In this document: in pieces, positions 16,150 through 25,685 of the stretch | Layout: each line of letters begins with the position of its first letter | Numbering within the stretch: the stretch's first letter is position 1 | Source: an uncultured virus (IMG/VR IMGVR_UViG_3300020046_005824) | Taxonomy: Duplodnaviria; Heunggongvirae; Uroviricota; Caudoviricetes | Strand: one strand, 5' to 3' | Length of the DNA: 64,000 bases | IMG/VR virus record: IMGVR_UViG_3300020046_005824 | The notes under the pieces: model-generated | Database searches by the model: none | What the model saw: only the letters and a program-made list of their open reading frames with translations | What the model was told of the DNA's origin: nothing | Position numbers and translations under genes: made by a program

Positions 16150-16276
16150 TTGATTACTCCAATCACACACTATCATATATGTACGTCGCAGCCTAGTGTG
16201 TGCCTCAGCATTGACGTATGCAATGGGCTATCCCTTTGCATGGCTGTATTATAGCATAGCACTGAATAGCAGCATG

Positions 16277-16297
16277 GTACGTTACACTGTAATATAC
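16277..16297. promoter_or_regulatory. 21-bp palindromic site, copy 7, upstream of an extended -10 (TGCTATAAT, 16248-16256, minus strand)
   Basis: GTACGTTACACTGTAATATAC, identical to copy 2. Confidence 0.7.
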
Positions 16298-16500
16298 CTA
16301 TGGAGTGGGTGGGGAAACAATTAGGGGGTGCGCGCTTGTGTGGTCAGTGATACGAAGTCAGCCCCGCAATATAGAATTTCTCCATAAACCTACCATTTTC
16401 CCCCAGCGTCCGACGAAAACCTAACATTTTCTCCCGGCCCAGCCGAAGTTAGCGCTCACTGACCCCTTGACAACCGCCGAAAATCTGACAAAATCGGCGC

Positions 16501-16680
16501 ATGATGTCTCCCGACACCCCCCTTTCGGTTCATGCCGCGGCCAAGTACCTCGGCGTGAGCATCCGCACGCTCCACGAGTGGGAGAAGCGGAATCATCTGG
16601 TGCCGGCCTTCCGCACGCTGGGCGGCCACAGGCGCTACCTCGTCCGCCAGCTCGAGGAGGTCCGCAGTGGAGCCCGATGA
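16501..16680 (+). CDS. MerR/excisionase-type helix-turn-helix protein, 59 aa
   Basis: Translated by hand: AAKYLGVSIRTLHEWEKRNHLVPAFRTLGGHRRY; TTGACA at 16467. Confidence 0.8.
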   Translation: MMSPDTPLSVHAAAKYLGVSIRTLHEWEKRNHLVPAFRTLGGHRRYLVRQLEEVRSGAR

Positions 16681-17086
16681 GCAGAAGAAAAGTGAGTGGA
16701 CACTAACTCTCCCCCCGCTGCCGAACACCCCCGTGTTCGGAACCGAGAAGTTCGAGGGGCCGGATGCCGCTGAACTGCGGGAGCGCGAGTTCAAGTCGTA
16801 CGCCTACTCCCGGCAGATTTTTCACGACATCCTTGATCGGATCAAGGACGCGAACGTAGACGGCCCAGTTGCCGCGGAAGAGCTGCGGGCGTACGCGATG
16901 CGCCAGCTGATCGCGCTCACCGGCAACCCCGACCCGAAGGTCGCCCTGCAGGCAGTGAAACTCCTCGGCCAAGTGAAGAACATCGCTATTTTCGAGGAGA
17001 AGTCCGCGGCTCGGTCGTCTGCCGCCCTCTCGGATGCAGAACTCCAAGCCCGCGTCCGCGAGGCGATGCGCAAGGTACAGAAGTAA
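16667..17086 (+). CDS. Putative terminase small subunit
   Basis: GAGGAGG RBS; abuts terL; call is positional. Confidence 0.55.
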   Translation: MEPDEQKKSEWTLTLPPLPNTPVFGTEKFEGPDAAELREREFKSYAYSRQIFHDILDRIKDANVDGPVAAEELRAYAMRQLIALTGNPDPKVALQAVKLLGQVKNIAIFEEKSAARSSAALSDAELQARVREAMRKVQK

Positions 17087-19783
17087 GTGAGCGCTAACTT
17101 CTCGCAGGAGGATTTCCTCGCCCTCCCTCCGGAGCGGCAGCTGGAGCTGTTGCCGCTGCTGGAGGAGCTCGCCGCCCGCGGGCACCGCGCCCGGGCGAAG
17201 GACGACTTTTACTATTTCTGCCAGTCGGTGTACCCCGGGTACGTGAAGGGGACCCACCTGAAACTGTTGTGTGAGAAGCTCGACGCTGTCGCGCGCGGGG
17301 AGATCAAGCGGCTGATCATTGCGATGCCGCCCCGGCACTCTAAAAGCCAGCACTCGTCGATCTTCTTCCCGGCGTACTTCCTCGGGCGCCAGCCGAACGC
17401 GCAGATCATCACGGCGTCGCACACGGCCGACCTTGCCAAAGGCTTCGGGCGGAAGGTCCGGGATTTGATTGACTCCACTGCGTACCGGGACGTCTTCGGC
17501 TCGGCGATCGCGCTGCGTGCAGACGTGAAAGCCGCCGGCCAGTGGCAGACAGATCAGGGGGGCGCATACTACGCCGCTGGCGTAGACTCCGCCCTCGCCG
17601 GCCGCGGCGCGAGCTTGCTGTGTCTGGACGACCTGATCGATGAGCAGAAGGCGATCGAGGCGCAGCATCGCCCGGAGGTCTTTGAGAAGGTCTATGAGTG
17701 GTATTTGCTCGCCCGCCAGCGTCTGATGCCCGGCGGCGCGGTGGTGCTGTGCGCCTGTGTGGAAGAGAACCAACGCGTGGCCATGGCCGATGGCTCATGG
17801 CGCCCGATCAAGGATGTGCGGGTCAATGACAGCGTGATTGCGCATGGCGCGGATCGTAGCGCGACGCCGCGGCGCGTCAGCGCCGTGATCCCGCAGAAAG
17901 TGGACGACCTCATCGAGATTGTTTCGCGGTCGTGCGCGGTTAAAGTGAACGCCCGGCACCCGTTTCTTGTAGTTCGTGGGGGTCTCAAGACCGCGGCGCG
18001 GACGCAGGTAGAGGTTAATCAGGCGCACAACTGGGCGCTGGAGTGGGTTCGCGCCGATGCCTTGCAGCCCGGCGATACCGTCGTGACGCTTAAGAGTATT
18101 GACGATTCACAGCGGAAGATTTATCGGCCCTATGCTTACGACGGGTTGCAGATGTCGCAGGAGCATTTGTGGGGGCTCGGGTTCCTTTTTGGCGATGGGT
18201 GGCTCGTGAAATCCAGTCAGCGCGGTGTTGTCGGTCTCTGCATCGCTGCCGGCGTATACCCGGAGCTCAACGACCGCGCCGTCGCTGCGGTATCGGGAAT
18301 GCTTGGAGGTGTGAACTTCACACTGCGCACTAAGGCTCGGTACTACCGGGCGGAAGCTCAGGCGCAAGCTCGCTGGCTGCAGGGGATCGGGTTCGACGGC
18401 AGCGCACATACGAAGCGTATTCCGGAGTGGGTTTATCGGCTTCGCGCCGGTGCGAAACGGGCGTTTCTGCGCGGGTTCTTCGCGGCGGACGGGTATCTGC
18501 GCAAAGCCGAGACCGAGCGCGAGACTTACCGTGTTGGACTCTGCAACCGCGAGCTGCTCGACGATTTGCGGCTGCTGGCACGCACGTGCGGGGTAAAAAC
18601 GACGAAGATTCGTATGGACTCGGCCGTCGGTAAGCCCCCGAACACGTGCGTGGCCCGCGTGTTCACCCGCTACTCAGCTGAGTTTTCATTCCGTGAAAAC
18701 ATGATTGAACTCAGTGATCGCTACCGCCGGCAAGACATCGCCGGCAACCAGAAACAGCATTTTCGGTTCGAAGATGTTGAGATTGTGCGCCCCGCGGGGC
18801 GCGGTATGGTGTACGACCTCACGGTCGAAGGTGATGAGAACTTCGTAGCTGAAGGCTTCGTCACTCACAATACACGTTGGGCGCTGAATGACCCGACGGG
18901 GTTGATCCTCGAGCGGTCCAAGGAGGACTGGGAGATTCTCACCCTGCCGGCGCTGTGGGAGGACGGCCGCACGCTGTGGCCGGAGTTCTGGAAGCCGGAG
19001 GAGATTCTCAAGCTCAAGGAGGAGATGCCGCCTCTGCGGTGGTCAGCGACATACCAGCAGGCGCCCGAGCAGGGCGGCGGTACGCTGATCCAGCCCGACT
19101 GGCTGCAGTGGTGGCCGCACGAGAACCCGCCGAAAAAGATCGAGTCGATCATCGTGTCACTGGACCCCGCGTTCAGCGACAAGGACCGCGCGGACCCGTC
19201 GGCGTTCGTGGTGGCGGGGATATTCACGGCCGGCCCCGGCGAGTTGGGAGGACCGAGACCGGGAGACCCGTCGGACGCTCCGATCGCGAACATCATCGTG
19301 CTGGATGCGTTCGAGACGCGGGAGAATTTTCCTGATCTGAAGCAGACGTGTGTGGACATCTACCGGCAGTGGCGCCCGGAGGGGTTCATGATCGAGGCGA
19401 AAGCCAGCGGCGTGCCGTTGATTCAGGAGCTCAAGCTAATCGGCCTGCCGGTGACGGCGTTCGACGTCAACCGGGGCACGAAAGGGAACGCGAATGACAA
19501 GATTTCACGCGTGAACCGCACGTTGCCGATCTATCAGGCGCTGCGGGTGTGGTTGCCGGAGAATAGGGCGTGGGCCGACCATTTTGCGACCCAGCTGACG
19601 CGGTTTCCGATGGTCTCCCACGACGACTTGGTGGACGCGATGACCCAGATTCTGGTGTATTTCCGCAACACTCGGCTGATTACGACCCCGACGGACGACT
19701 CCATCGGCGACTTTTCGGACTCCGACAGCGAAAAACCCGGCTTGGCCGGGTTTGGGGGTTATCTCTCTTCGGTCTTCAAGTGA
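17087..19783 (+). CDS. terL: Terminase large subunit, intein-containing
   Basis: MPPRHSKS Walker A, LLCLDD Walker B, nuclease SLDPA...HDDLVDA. Confidence 0.95.
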   Translation: MSANFSQEDFLALPPERQLELLPLLEELAARGHRARAKDDFYYFCQSVYPGYVKGTHLKLLCEKLDAVARGEIKRLIIAMPPRHSKSQHSSIFFPAYFLGRQPNAQIITASHTADLAKGFGRKVRDLIDSTAYRDVFGSAIALRADVKAAGQWQTDQGGAYYAAGVDSALAGRGASLLCLDDLIDEQKAIEAQHRPEVFEKVYEWYLLARQRLMPGGAVVLCACVEENQRVAMADGSWRPIKDVRVNDSVIAHGADRSATPRRVSAVIPQKVDDLIEIVSRSCAVKVNARHPFLVVRGGLKTAARTQVEVNQAHNWALEWVRADALQPGDTVVTLKSIDDSQRKIYRPYAYDGLQMSQEHLWGLGFLFGDGWLVKSSQRGVVGLCIAAGVYPELNDRAVAAVSGMLGGVNFTLRTKARYYRAEAQAQARWLQGIGFDGSAHTKRIPEWVYRLRAGAKRAFLRGFFAADGYLRKAETERETYRVGLCNRELLDDLRLLARTCGVKTTKIRMDSAVGKPPNTCVARVFTRYSAEFSFRENMIELSDRYRRQDIAGNQKQHFRFEDVEIVRPAGRGMVYDLTVEGDENFVAEGFVTHNTRWALNDPTGLILERSKEDWEILTLPALWEDGRTLWPEFWKPEEILKLKEEMPPLRWSATYQQAPEQGGGTLIQPDWLQWWPHENPPKKIESIIVSLDPAFSDKDRADPSAFVVAGIFTAGPGELGGPRPGDPSDAPIANIIVLDAFETRENFPDLKQTCVDIYRQWRPEGFMIEAKASGVPLIQELKLIGLPVTAFDVNRGTKGNANDKISRVNRTLPIYQALRVWLPENRAWADHFATQLTRFPMVSHDDLVDAMTQILVYFRNTRLITTPTDDSIGDFSDSDSEKPGLAGFGGYLSSVFK
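17756..18871 (+). mobile_element. Intein with LAGLIDADG homing endonuclease (372 aa)
   Basis: Starts CVEENQRVAMADG, ends FVAEGFVTHN followed by T; LGFLFGDG and LRGFFAADG motifs. Confidence 0.92.
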
Positions 19784-19938
19784 GCTTCGACTTCCGCCAG
19801 CTCACGCAGAAGAAACTCGCGGTACTCCTGCGCCCCGTTGCCGCTGCGGCCGAACCGCAGGGTGCCGACGGACCACAGCACAGCGGCTGCGATGAGGAGC
19901 GCAAGAAAAACACCGCCGAGAATCGCGAGAAGGACCAT
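19759..19938 (-). CDS. 59-aa single-TM membrane protein, antisense to the packaging operon
   Basis: Translated by hand: MVLLAILGGVFLALLIAAAVLWSVG...; GGAG RBS. Confidence 0.6.
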   Translation of the reverse strand: MVLLAILGGVFLALLIAAAVLWSVGTLRFGRSGNGAQEYREFLLRELAEVEAHLKTEER

Positions 19939-20087
19939 GTCGGGCTCCGAAAAAATGCCCCAGAAGCGACGAATCGCCTCTGGGGCGAGGGGCCGGGGCC
20001 GACGGAGGGGGTATCGGGCGCCCGGCTAGGAGACGCCTCCAGTATAGCCCGCTTGCTGCGGAAGTAAATATCGACGATACTGCGGCC

Positions 20088-20309
20088 ATGCGCTTGTCGA
20101 AACGTCCTCGGCCGTTCCCGGTCGATACTTCACCGCGACCGTTTACGGCGCGCACCGGCGCGCTCCCTGCGGCGCCGAAAACGCCCGCCCCGGCGAAGCT
20201 CACGCTGCCCAAACCCCAGAAACGCATGCCTGTTGACCCCATTGCTGCGCGGTCAACGGCGCCAATTCGCAAGGGGCTGCTCTCCGGCAAAGCCCGCGCG
20301 AAGAAATAA
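20088..20309 (+). CDS. Small basic Pro-rich hypothetical protein
   Basis: ORF ends just before the portal RBS. Confidence 0.45.
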   Translation: MRLSKRPRPFPVDTSPRPFTARTGALPAAPKTPAPAKLTLPKPQKRMPVDPIAARSTAPIRKGLLSGKARAKK

Positions 20310-20319
20310 CGAGGTCCCC

Positions 20320-22818
20320 ATGGCTGTCGAGAACACTTCCTACCTGTATGAGCAAGGTGCTCCGGTCTCGCCGTCAGGCGGCCCCGCCGTGGAGATTGAG
20401 ATCGTGCCGGACGCGCCGGCCGCGGGCGACACCATCGTCGACATTGACGAGGACATCGAGAACGCGGGTGACGCTCCTGTAGACGAGGCGGTCCTTGCGG
20501 TGATGCCGCACACCGCCAACTGGGCCGAAGCGATGACGGCAACTGGGCGCTCCGCGCTCGCGTCTGACCTGATCCGCGACGTCGACCAAGACGAGATGGA
20601 CCGTTCGGATTGGTATGACACCGTCGTCAAGGGCATCAAGTTGCTGGGGTTCAAATTCGACCAAGTGTCAGAGCCTTGGGACGGCGCAAGCGCGGTGTTC
20701 GACCCCCTGCTGGCTCAAGCAGCTGTCGCGTTCCAAGCGCGTACGGCCAAGCAGCTCTTCCCCGCGAGTGGGCCGGCGAAAAGCAAGGTGCGGGGCGTTG
20801 CGACCGCAGTGAAACTCGCAACCGGTGCGCGCGTGGCGGCGTTCCTGAACGACCTCTTGACGGGCCACGTCGACTACCGCAACGAGCTGGAGAAAGCGCT
20901 CTTCAACTGTGGGCTGACAGGCTCAGGGTTCATCAAGGTGTTCTGGTCGGCATCCGCGGGTCGGCCGCTGGCTCGCAGCGTGCCGCCTGAGAACGTGGTT
21001 CTCTCACCTGACGCGACGAGTATCGCCACCGCGATGCGCGTGACCCACGTCCAACGTTGGACGCTCAACGAGATCAAGCAGTTCCAGTCCGACAAGACGT
21101 ACCGCGAGTGCGTGGTGCAGGAGTCTCCCGCCGGCGCGGAGAACGAGGCGACAACGCAGAAGGGCGAGATCAGCGGTATCGAGATGACCAACGATACGCG
21201 CCCGACGCTCTACGAGACGCAGATGTTCCTGCGGCTGTCGAACTATGACAAGGCTCTGGAGAGTCTGGACCCCACCGATGGTACGGCCCTGCCGTACGTA
21301 GTCACCGTGGACCGCTACAGCCACGAGGTGCTGGCGATCCGGCGCAACTGGGAAGAGGGCGACCCAAAGAGCCGCCCCCTGCAGCATTTTGTGCATTACA
21401 TGTACATCGTGTCGGACATCTCCCCGTACGGTCTGGGGCTGGTGCATCTGATCGGACAGGCGTCGCTGGCGGCCACCGGTATCGACCGCTCGACGCTGGA
21501 CGCCGCGGCGTTGGCGAATCTGGGTGGCGGGTTCAAAGCCCGCGGGTTGCGCTCGCGCGAGGACAACACGCCGATGCGCCCGGGCGAGTGGCGCGACCTC
21601 GACGTGCCCGCCGGCGCGCTGCGCGACAACCTCGTGCCGCACATGTTCAAGGAGCCCAGTGCGTCGCTGATCACGCTGCGCGACAAACTCGTGGAGGCTG
21701 CGCAGCAGCTTGCCTCCGTGCCGGCCGCGGGGATGGATGATCTCCCGCACAACGCCGCGGCGTTCGCTGTTCTTGCGCTGCTCGAGCGCGAGATCGAGCC
21801 GCAGGCGTCGGTGCATATCCGGTTGCACGCGGCGCTGGGCTACCAGCTGCAGTTGATCGCGTCGATCGTACGCGAGGAGATGGCCAAGGACGGCGGCCCC
21901 GAGACTCCGCAGGAGATGGATTTCGCGCAGACCGACATCGTGCCGGTCAGCAACCCCAACGAGTCGACAGCCGGCACGAAAATGCTCAAGCTGCAGACGG
22001 TCATCGACATGATGACCAAGTTCCCCGACGAGTTCGACAAGTCACAGGTGATCTCCTACGGCATGGCGCTCATGGGTGAGCCCGAGTTCGAGCCCATGCT
22101 GGCGAAGAAGAATCCGCCACCGCAGCTTGACCCCGTCAGCGAGAACATGCGGCTGCTCACCGGGCAGCCGATCAAGGCATTCCTCGAGCAGGACCATGAC
22201 GCGCACCTGATGGTGCACACCTCGGCGATGAAGGACCCCAAGATGCAGCAGACGCTGCAGACGAACCCGAACGCGATGGTCATCATGCAGGCTGCAAACG
22301 CGCACGTCGCCGAGCATCTCGCGATGAAGTACCGCACGGACATCGAACGCGAGCTTGGTACATCGCTGCCCCCTCCCGGCCAGCCGCTGCCCCCGGACGT
22401 CGAGGCGCGCGTTGCATCGCTCACGGCGCAGGCGGCGGACCGGCTGCTCAAGCGCAACGAAGCCATCGCCGCGCAGGACCAACTCAAGGACCCCGTTGTG
22501 CAGGCGCAGCTGCAGGACACCGCGAACGAGACCCGTCGCGTAGAGGTCGACGCCGAGGACAAGCGCGGCCGGCGCCAGATCGAGGCGGTGAAGGTCATGA
22601 ACGACCTCCTGAAAAACCAGTCGACGATGGAGCTCGGCGTCCTCAATATCCTGAAGGACATCGCCGGCGGCGTCGACGGGTCGATGCAGAAAGACGCCGA
22701 CCGCGTGCTGAACGCCGCGCTCAAGGACGCCGATCGATCGAGCCGCGAGAAGCAGACCGAAGCCCAGCGCGCGGCGAAGGACGCGGCTGGCGCCAAGCCG
22801 AAAACGGGTGAAAAATGA
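20320..22818 (+). CDS. Portal protein
   Basis: Follows terL; PWDGASAVFDPLL, YGLGLVHLIG, PGEWRDLDVP, FKEPS motifs; GAGG RBS. Confidence 0.85.
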   Translation: MAVENTSYLYEQGAPVSPSGGPAVEIEIVPDAPAAGDTIVDIDEDIENAGDAPVDEAVLAVMPHTANWAEAMTATGRSALASDLIRDVDQDEMDRSDWYDTVVKGIKLLGFKFDQVSEPWDGASAVFDPLLAQAAVAFQARTAKQLFPASGPAKSKVRGVATAVKLATGARVAAFLNDLLTGHVDYRNELEKALFNCGLTGSGFIKVFWSASAGRPLARSVPPENVVLSPDATSIATAMRVTHVQRWTLNEIKQFQSDKTYRECVVQESPAGAENEATTQKGEISGIEMTNDTRPTLYETQMFLRLSNYDKALESLDPTDGTALPYVVTVDRYSHEVLAIRRNWEEGDPKSRPLQHFVHYMYIVSDISPYGLGLVHLIGQASLAATGIDRSTLDAAALANLGGGFKARGLRSREDNTPMRPGEWRDLDVPAGALRDNLVPHMFKEPSASLITLRDKLVEAAQQLASVPAAGMDDLPHNAAAFAVLALLEREIEPQASVHIRLHAALGYQLQLIASIVREEMAKDGGPETPQEMDFAQTDIVPVSNPNESTAGTKMLKLQTVIDMMTKFPDEFDKSQVISYGMALMGEPEFEPMLAKKNPPPQLDPVSENMRLLTGQPIKAFLEQDHDAHLMVHTSAMKDPKMQQTLQTNPNAMVIMQAANAHVAEHLAMKYRTDIERELGTSLPPPGQPLPPDVEARVASLTAQAADRLLKRNEAIAAQDQLKDPVVQAQLQDTANETRRVEVDAEDKRGRRQIEAVKVMNDLLKNQSTMELGVLNILKDIAGGVDGSMQKDADRVLNAALKDADRSSREKQTEAQRAAKDAAGAKPKTGEK

Positions 22819-23009
22819 ACAACGTCTTCGGCTACATGATCCACGAGTTTCGCGAGCGGGCGAACTCCGTGCGCGACGCGCTGCTCGGCGGGCAGGCTAC
22901 GTCTTTTGACGAGTACAAAGCCCTGTGCAAGCAGTACGCGACGTATCTCGACGCTGCGAATTTTGTAGCAGACACCGAACAGCGGCACGAAAATCCAGAT
23001 AGGGGTTGA
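22815..23009 (+). CDS. Small conserved head-module protein
   Basis: ATGA-coupled to portal. Confidence 0.7.
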   Translation: MNNVFGYMIHEFRERANSVRDALLGGQATSFDEYKALCKQYATYLDAANFVADTEQRHENPDRG

Positions 23010-23034
23010 CAAACCCCGCAAAACCTCCTATAAA
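23006..23034 (+). promoter_or_regulatory. sigma70-like promoter
   Basis: TTGACA-17-TATAAA upstream of groES. Confidence 0.6.
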
Positions 23035-23118
23035 CTGCTCCAAGTGAGTAATCGCTCACTTCGCGCAATCCACCGGCGTCGCTGCCAGTCCATGACTCCG
23101 GTGCACTTTGGAGGTTCT

Positions 23119-23475
23119 ATGGACGACAAGCTGCCAAATCCGGTCGGGTACACACTGCTCTGCCGCGTTCCCAAGTTCAAAGACACTGACGCTACCGCCC
23201 AGCGCGCGGCCGCGGCCGGCATCGTCATGCCGGAAAGTGCCACCAAGCGCGAGGAGACTGCTACCGTCGCAGTCCAAGTCGTGAAGATTGGCCCGGAAGC
23301 CTACAAAGACCCCAAGAAATTCCCCGCTGGCCCGTGGTGCACGGTCGGGGATTTCGTGATCATCCGTGCCTACTCTGGCACCCGTTTCGTGTACGACGGT
23401 AACGAGTACCGCCTGCTGGACGACGACAGCATCCAAGCCGTCGCACCCTCGCTCGAAGGTTTCGCGCGCATTTGA
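23119..23475 (+). CDS. groES: Phage-encoded GroES-like co-chaperonin
   Basis: PVGYTLL, GIVMP, VVKIGP, VGDFV, YSGT, YRLLDDDSIQAV. Confidence 0.85.
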   Translation: MDDKLPNPVGYTLLCRVPKFKDTDATAQRAAAAGIVMPESATKREETATVAVQVVKIGPEAYKDPKKFPAGPWCTVGDFVIIRAYSGTRFVYDGNEYRLLDDDSIQAVAPSLEGFARI

Positions 23476-23485
23476 AGGAGCCACC

Positions 23486-24487
23486 ATGGCCGATAAAGAC
23501 ACCACCCCCCAAGTCACAACCAACGAAGATGGCACCGCTGATGTCGTGTTCGCCGGCACCGGCGACAACGCACTCAACGTCAATGATCTCGGTTCTGAAG
23601 CGCCGGCGAAAACCGAGATTGAGGTCGTAGACGACACCCCGCCGGAGCAGCGCGGCTCGACGGATGATTTCGCCATTGGCGAGATCACCGACACCGAGAT
23701 GAAGGACTACACGGAGGGCGCCAAAAAGCGTATCTCTCAACTCACCGCGAAGTACCGTGCGAAGGAGCGCGCCGCTGCAGCGCTCGAGCGCGAGAACAAC
23801 GAGGCAGCTGAACTCGTCAAGCGCCAGCAGGACGAACTCAAGCGCCTGACCGGCATGCTCAAGGGCGGCGAGAGCAACTACGTGGCCGTGGCCAAACATG
23901 CCGCGCAGGCCAGCATGGCGAACGCCAAAGCGATGCTCAAGGAGGCGCTGGAGACCGGCGACGCTGAGAAGATCGCCGATGCGCAAGTGGCGCTGTCTCA
24001 GGCGGCCGCGCAGGCAAGCACGGTGGCGGCGTACCAGCCGCAGGCCGAGGCACTGGAGCAGCAGCTCAAACCCCTGCTGGAGCCGCAGAAACGCGCCCCG
24101 GCCGAGCCCGTGGACGAGATTGACGCCCCCACGCGCGCGTGGATGGGCCGCAATCCGTGGTTCAATAGCAACATTGCCGCCACAAATTACGCAGTCGACT
24201 TCGCACGGCGTGCGCTGGAGGCACAGGGCATCACCGCCGAGGGTGATCCGAAGACCTATTTCTCTGAAGTGGACAAAGAAATGGCGCGCCGTTTCCCCGA
24301 GCTGGTCCAGCGCAAGCCCGCCGGCAATGGCAACAACAGCCCTGTCGTTGGCGCCGGCACGAGCTCACCACGTTCGGGTGGAGGTACGAAAGTACGTCTG
24401 ACCGAGTCTCAAGTGCGTCTGGCGGAGCGCATGGGCGTGCCGCTTGAGGTTTACGCGCGCGAATACGCGATGCGCAATTCCGCTTGA
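23486..24487 (+). CDS. Putative capsid scaffolding protein
   Basis: Acidic coiled coil, W..RNPWF, position before capsid genes. Confidence 0.7.
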   Translation: MADKDTTPQVTTNEDGTADVVFAGTGDNALNVNDLGSEAPAKTEIEVVDDTPPEQRGSTDDFAIGEITDTEMKDYTEGAKKRISQLTAKYRAKERAAAALERENNEAAELVKRQQDELKRLTGMLKGGESNYVAVAKHAAQASMANAKAMLKEALETGDAEKIADAQVALSQAAAQASTVAAYQPQAEALEQQLKPLLEPQKRAPAEPVDEIDAPTRAWMGRNPWFNSNIAATNYAVDFARRALEAQGITAEGDPKTYFSEVDKEMARRFPELVQRKPAGNGNNSPVVGAGTSSPRSGGGTKVRLTESQVRLAERMGVPLEVYAREYAMRNSA

Positions 24488-24530
24488 CAATCCCGTTAGC
24501 GAGTGCTAACTTACATACCAAGGAACCGAA

Positions 24531-25025
24531 ATGGAACCAACTTCGTCGCCTGACCGCACAGATCGAGCATCGACGGCTCGCACCGAGGAAACGCGTGAGA
24601 TGAAGCAGCGCCAGTGGGCGCCGCCCTCCACCTTGCCGGACCCTCACCCCCGCCCGGGTTGGGTGCATCGCTGGATTCGCCACCGCGTCCTTGGAACGGA
24701 CGACGCAATGCGTGCCAGCGCTGCCATGCGAGAAGGGTGGGAGCCCTGCAAACTGAAAGACTATCCGGAAATGCGCATGGCGTTTCACTCCGGGGCGTCT
24801 GGTCAGGTTGCGGACATGATCCAAGTTGGCGCATTGATGCTGTGCCGGATGCCGAAAGAAGTGGACGATCAGCGCAAGGAATACTACGCTGGGCTGTCCG
24901 AGCGGCAATCGCGCGGTGTGGATGCGCAAGTGCGACAGGTGAGTGATCACCGCGTGCCACTGACTTCGGAGTTCCGCTCCGGCGTCGAGTTCGGCAAGCG
25001 TGGTGGCCCCGAGCCTACCGCGTGA
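24531..25025 (+). CDS. Conserved hypothetical head-module protein
   Basis: AAGGA RBS; TTGACA at 24484. Confidence 0.75.
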   Translation: MEPTSSPDRTDRASTARTEETREMKQRQWAPPSTLPDPHPRPGWVHRWIRHRVLGTDDAMRASAAMREGWEPCKLKDYPEMRMAFHSGASGQVADMIQVGALMLCRMPKEVDDQRKEYYAGLSERQSRGVDAQVRQVSDHRVPLTSEFRSGVEFGKRGGPEPTA

Positions 25026-25047
25026 ACCATTTCGAAAGGAACTGACC

Positions 25048-25659
25048 ATGGCTGCTGCAGCCGCTCCCTACGGGCTCATCCCCGTTTCGAAGCAAGGTGG
25101 ACGTTACAACGAAGGTGGCTCCGCTCGTGAGATTCAGATGACGACCAACGTGGCTCTGGCGTTCTACGTCGGCCAAGTCGTTGTTCTGGGTACCAACGGG
25201 CAGGTGACTCCTCCGGCGACTTCCCCCTACGCTTCCGACACCGTCCCCGTCCTCGGCGTTGTGACCGGTATCCGGTTCGTCGACCCCGTGTTGAAGTATT
25301 CGGTGCAGGACTCGTACCTGCCTTCCGGTGCCGTCAACTCGGGCTACACCGACATCTGGATCACTGTGAACGATGACCCCGATCAGCTGTATCAGGTGCA
25401 AGCAAACGGCACCGTTGCGGCCTCGTCTCGCGGTCTGAACTTCCAGCTCACCGGCACGCAATCCGGCTCTGCCACGACCAAGCGTTCTTCGATCGCCGTC
25501 GTGTTTGGTTCCGGTGCCGCCGCTGTCACCACCTCCACCGTCCGGCTGGTCGATTTCGTCCGCTCGGTGGCTTCCCAACCCGGTGATGCTTACACCGACC
25601 TCATCGTCCGTTTCTCGCCCGGCGTTCACGCCTACGAGAAGACGACTGGTCCGAGCTGA
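25048..25659 (+). CDS. Putative capsid decoration/minor head protein
   Basis: Precedes MCP; beta-rich with DDPD motif. Confidence 0.6.
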   Translation: MAAAAAPYGLIPVSKQGGRYNEGGSAREIQMTTNVALAFYVGQVVVLGTNGQVTPPATSPYASDTVPVLGVVTGIRFVDPVLKYSVQDSYLPSGAVNSGYTDIWITVNDDPDQLYQVQANGTVAASSRGLNFQLTGTQSGSATTKRSSIAVVFGSGAAAVTTSTVRLVDFVRSVASQPGDAYTDLIVRFSPGVHAYEKTTGPS

Positions 25660-25685
25660 TCTGAACACCTGAAGGAGCTACAAAA

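Noticed and set aside
16501..16680. HTH as an IS607 transposase remnant or prophage excisionase
   Set aside because: No serine recombinase domain, tnpB, integrase or att context in the window.
24495..24510. GTTAGCGAGTGCTAAC resembling a CIRCE element near groES
   Set aside because: Only one half-site matches, the 9-bp spacer is missing, and it lies downstream of groES.
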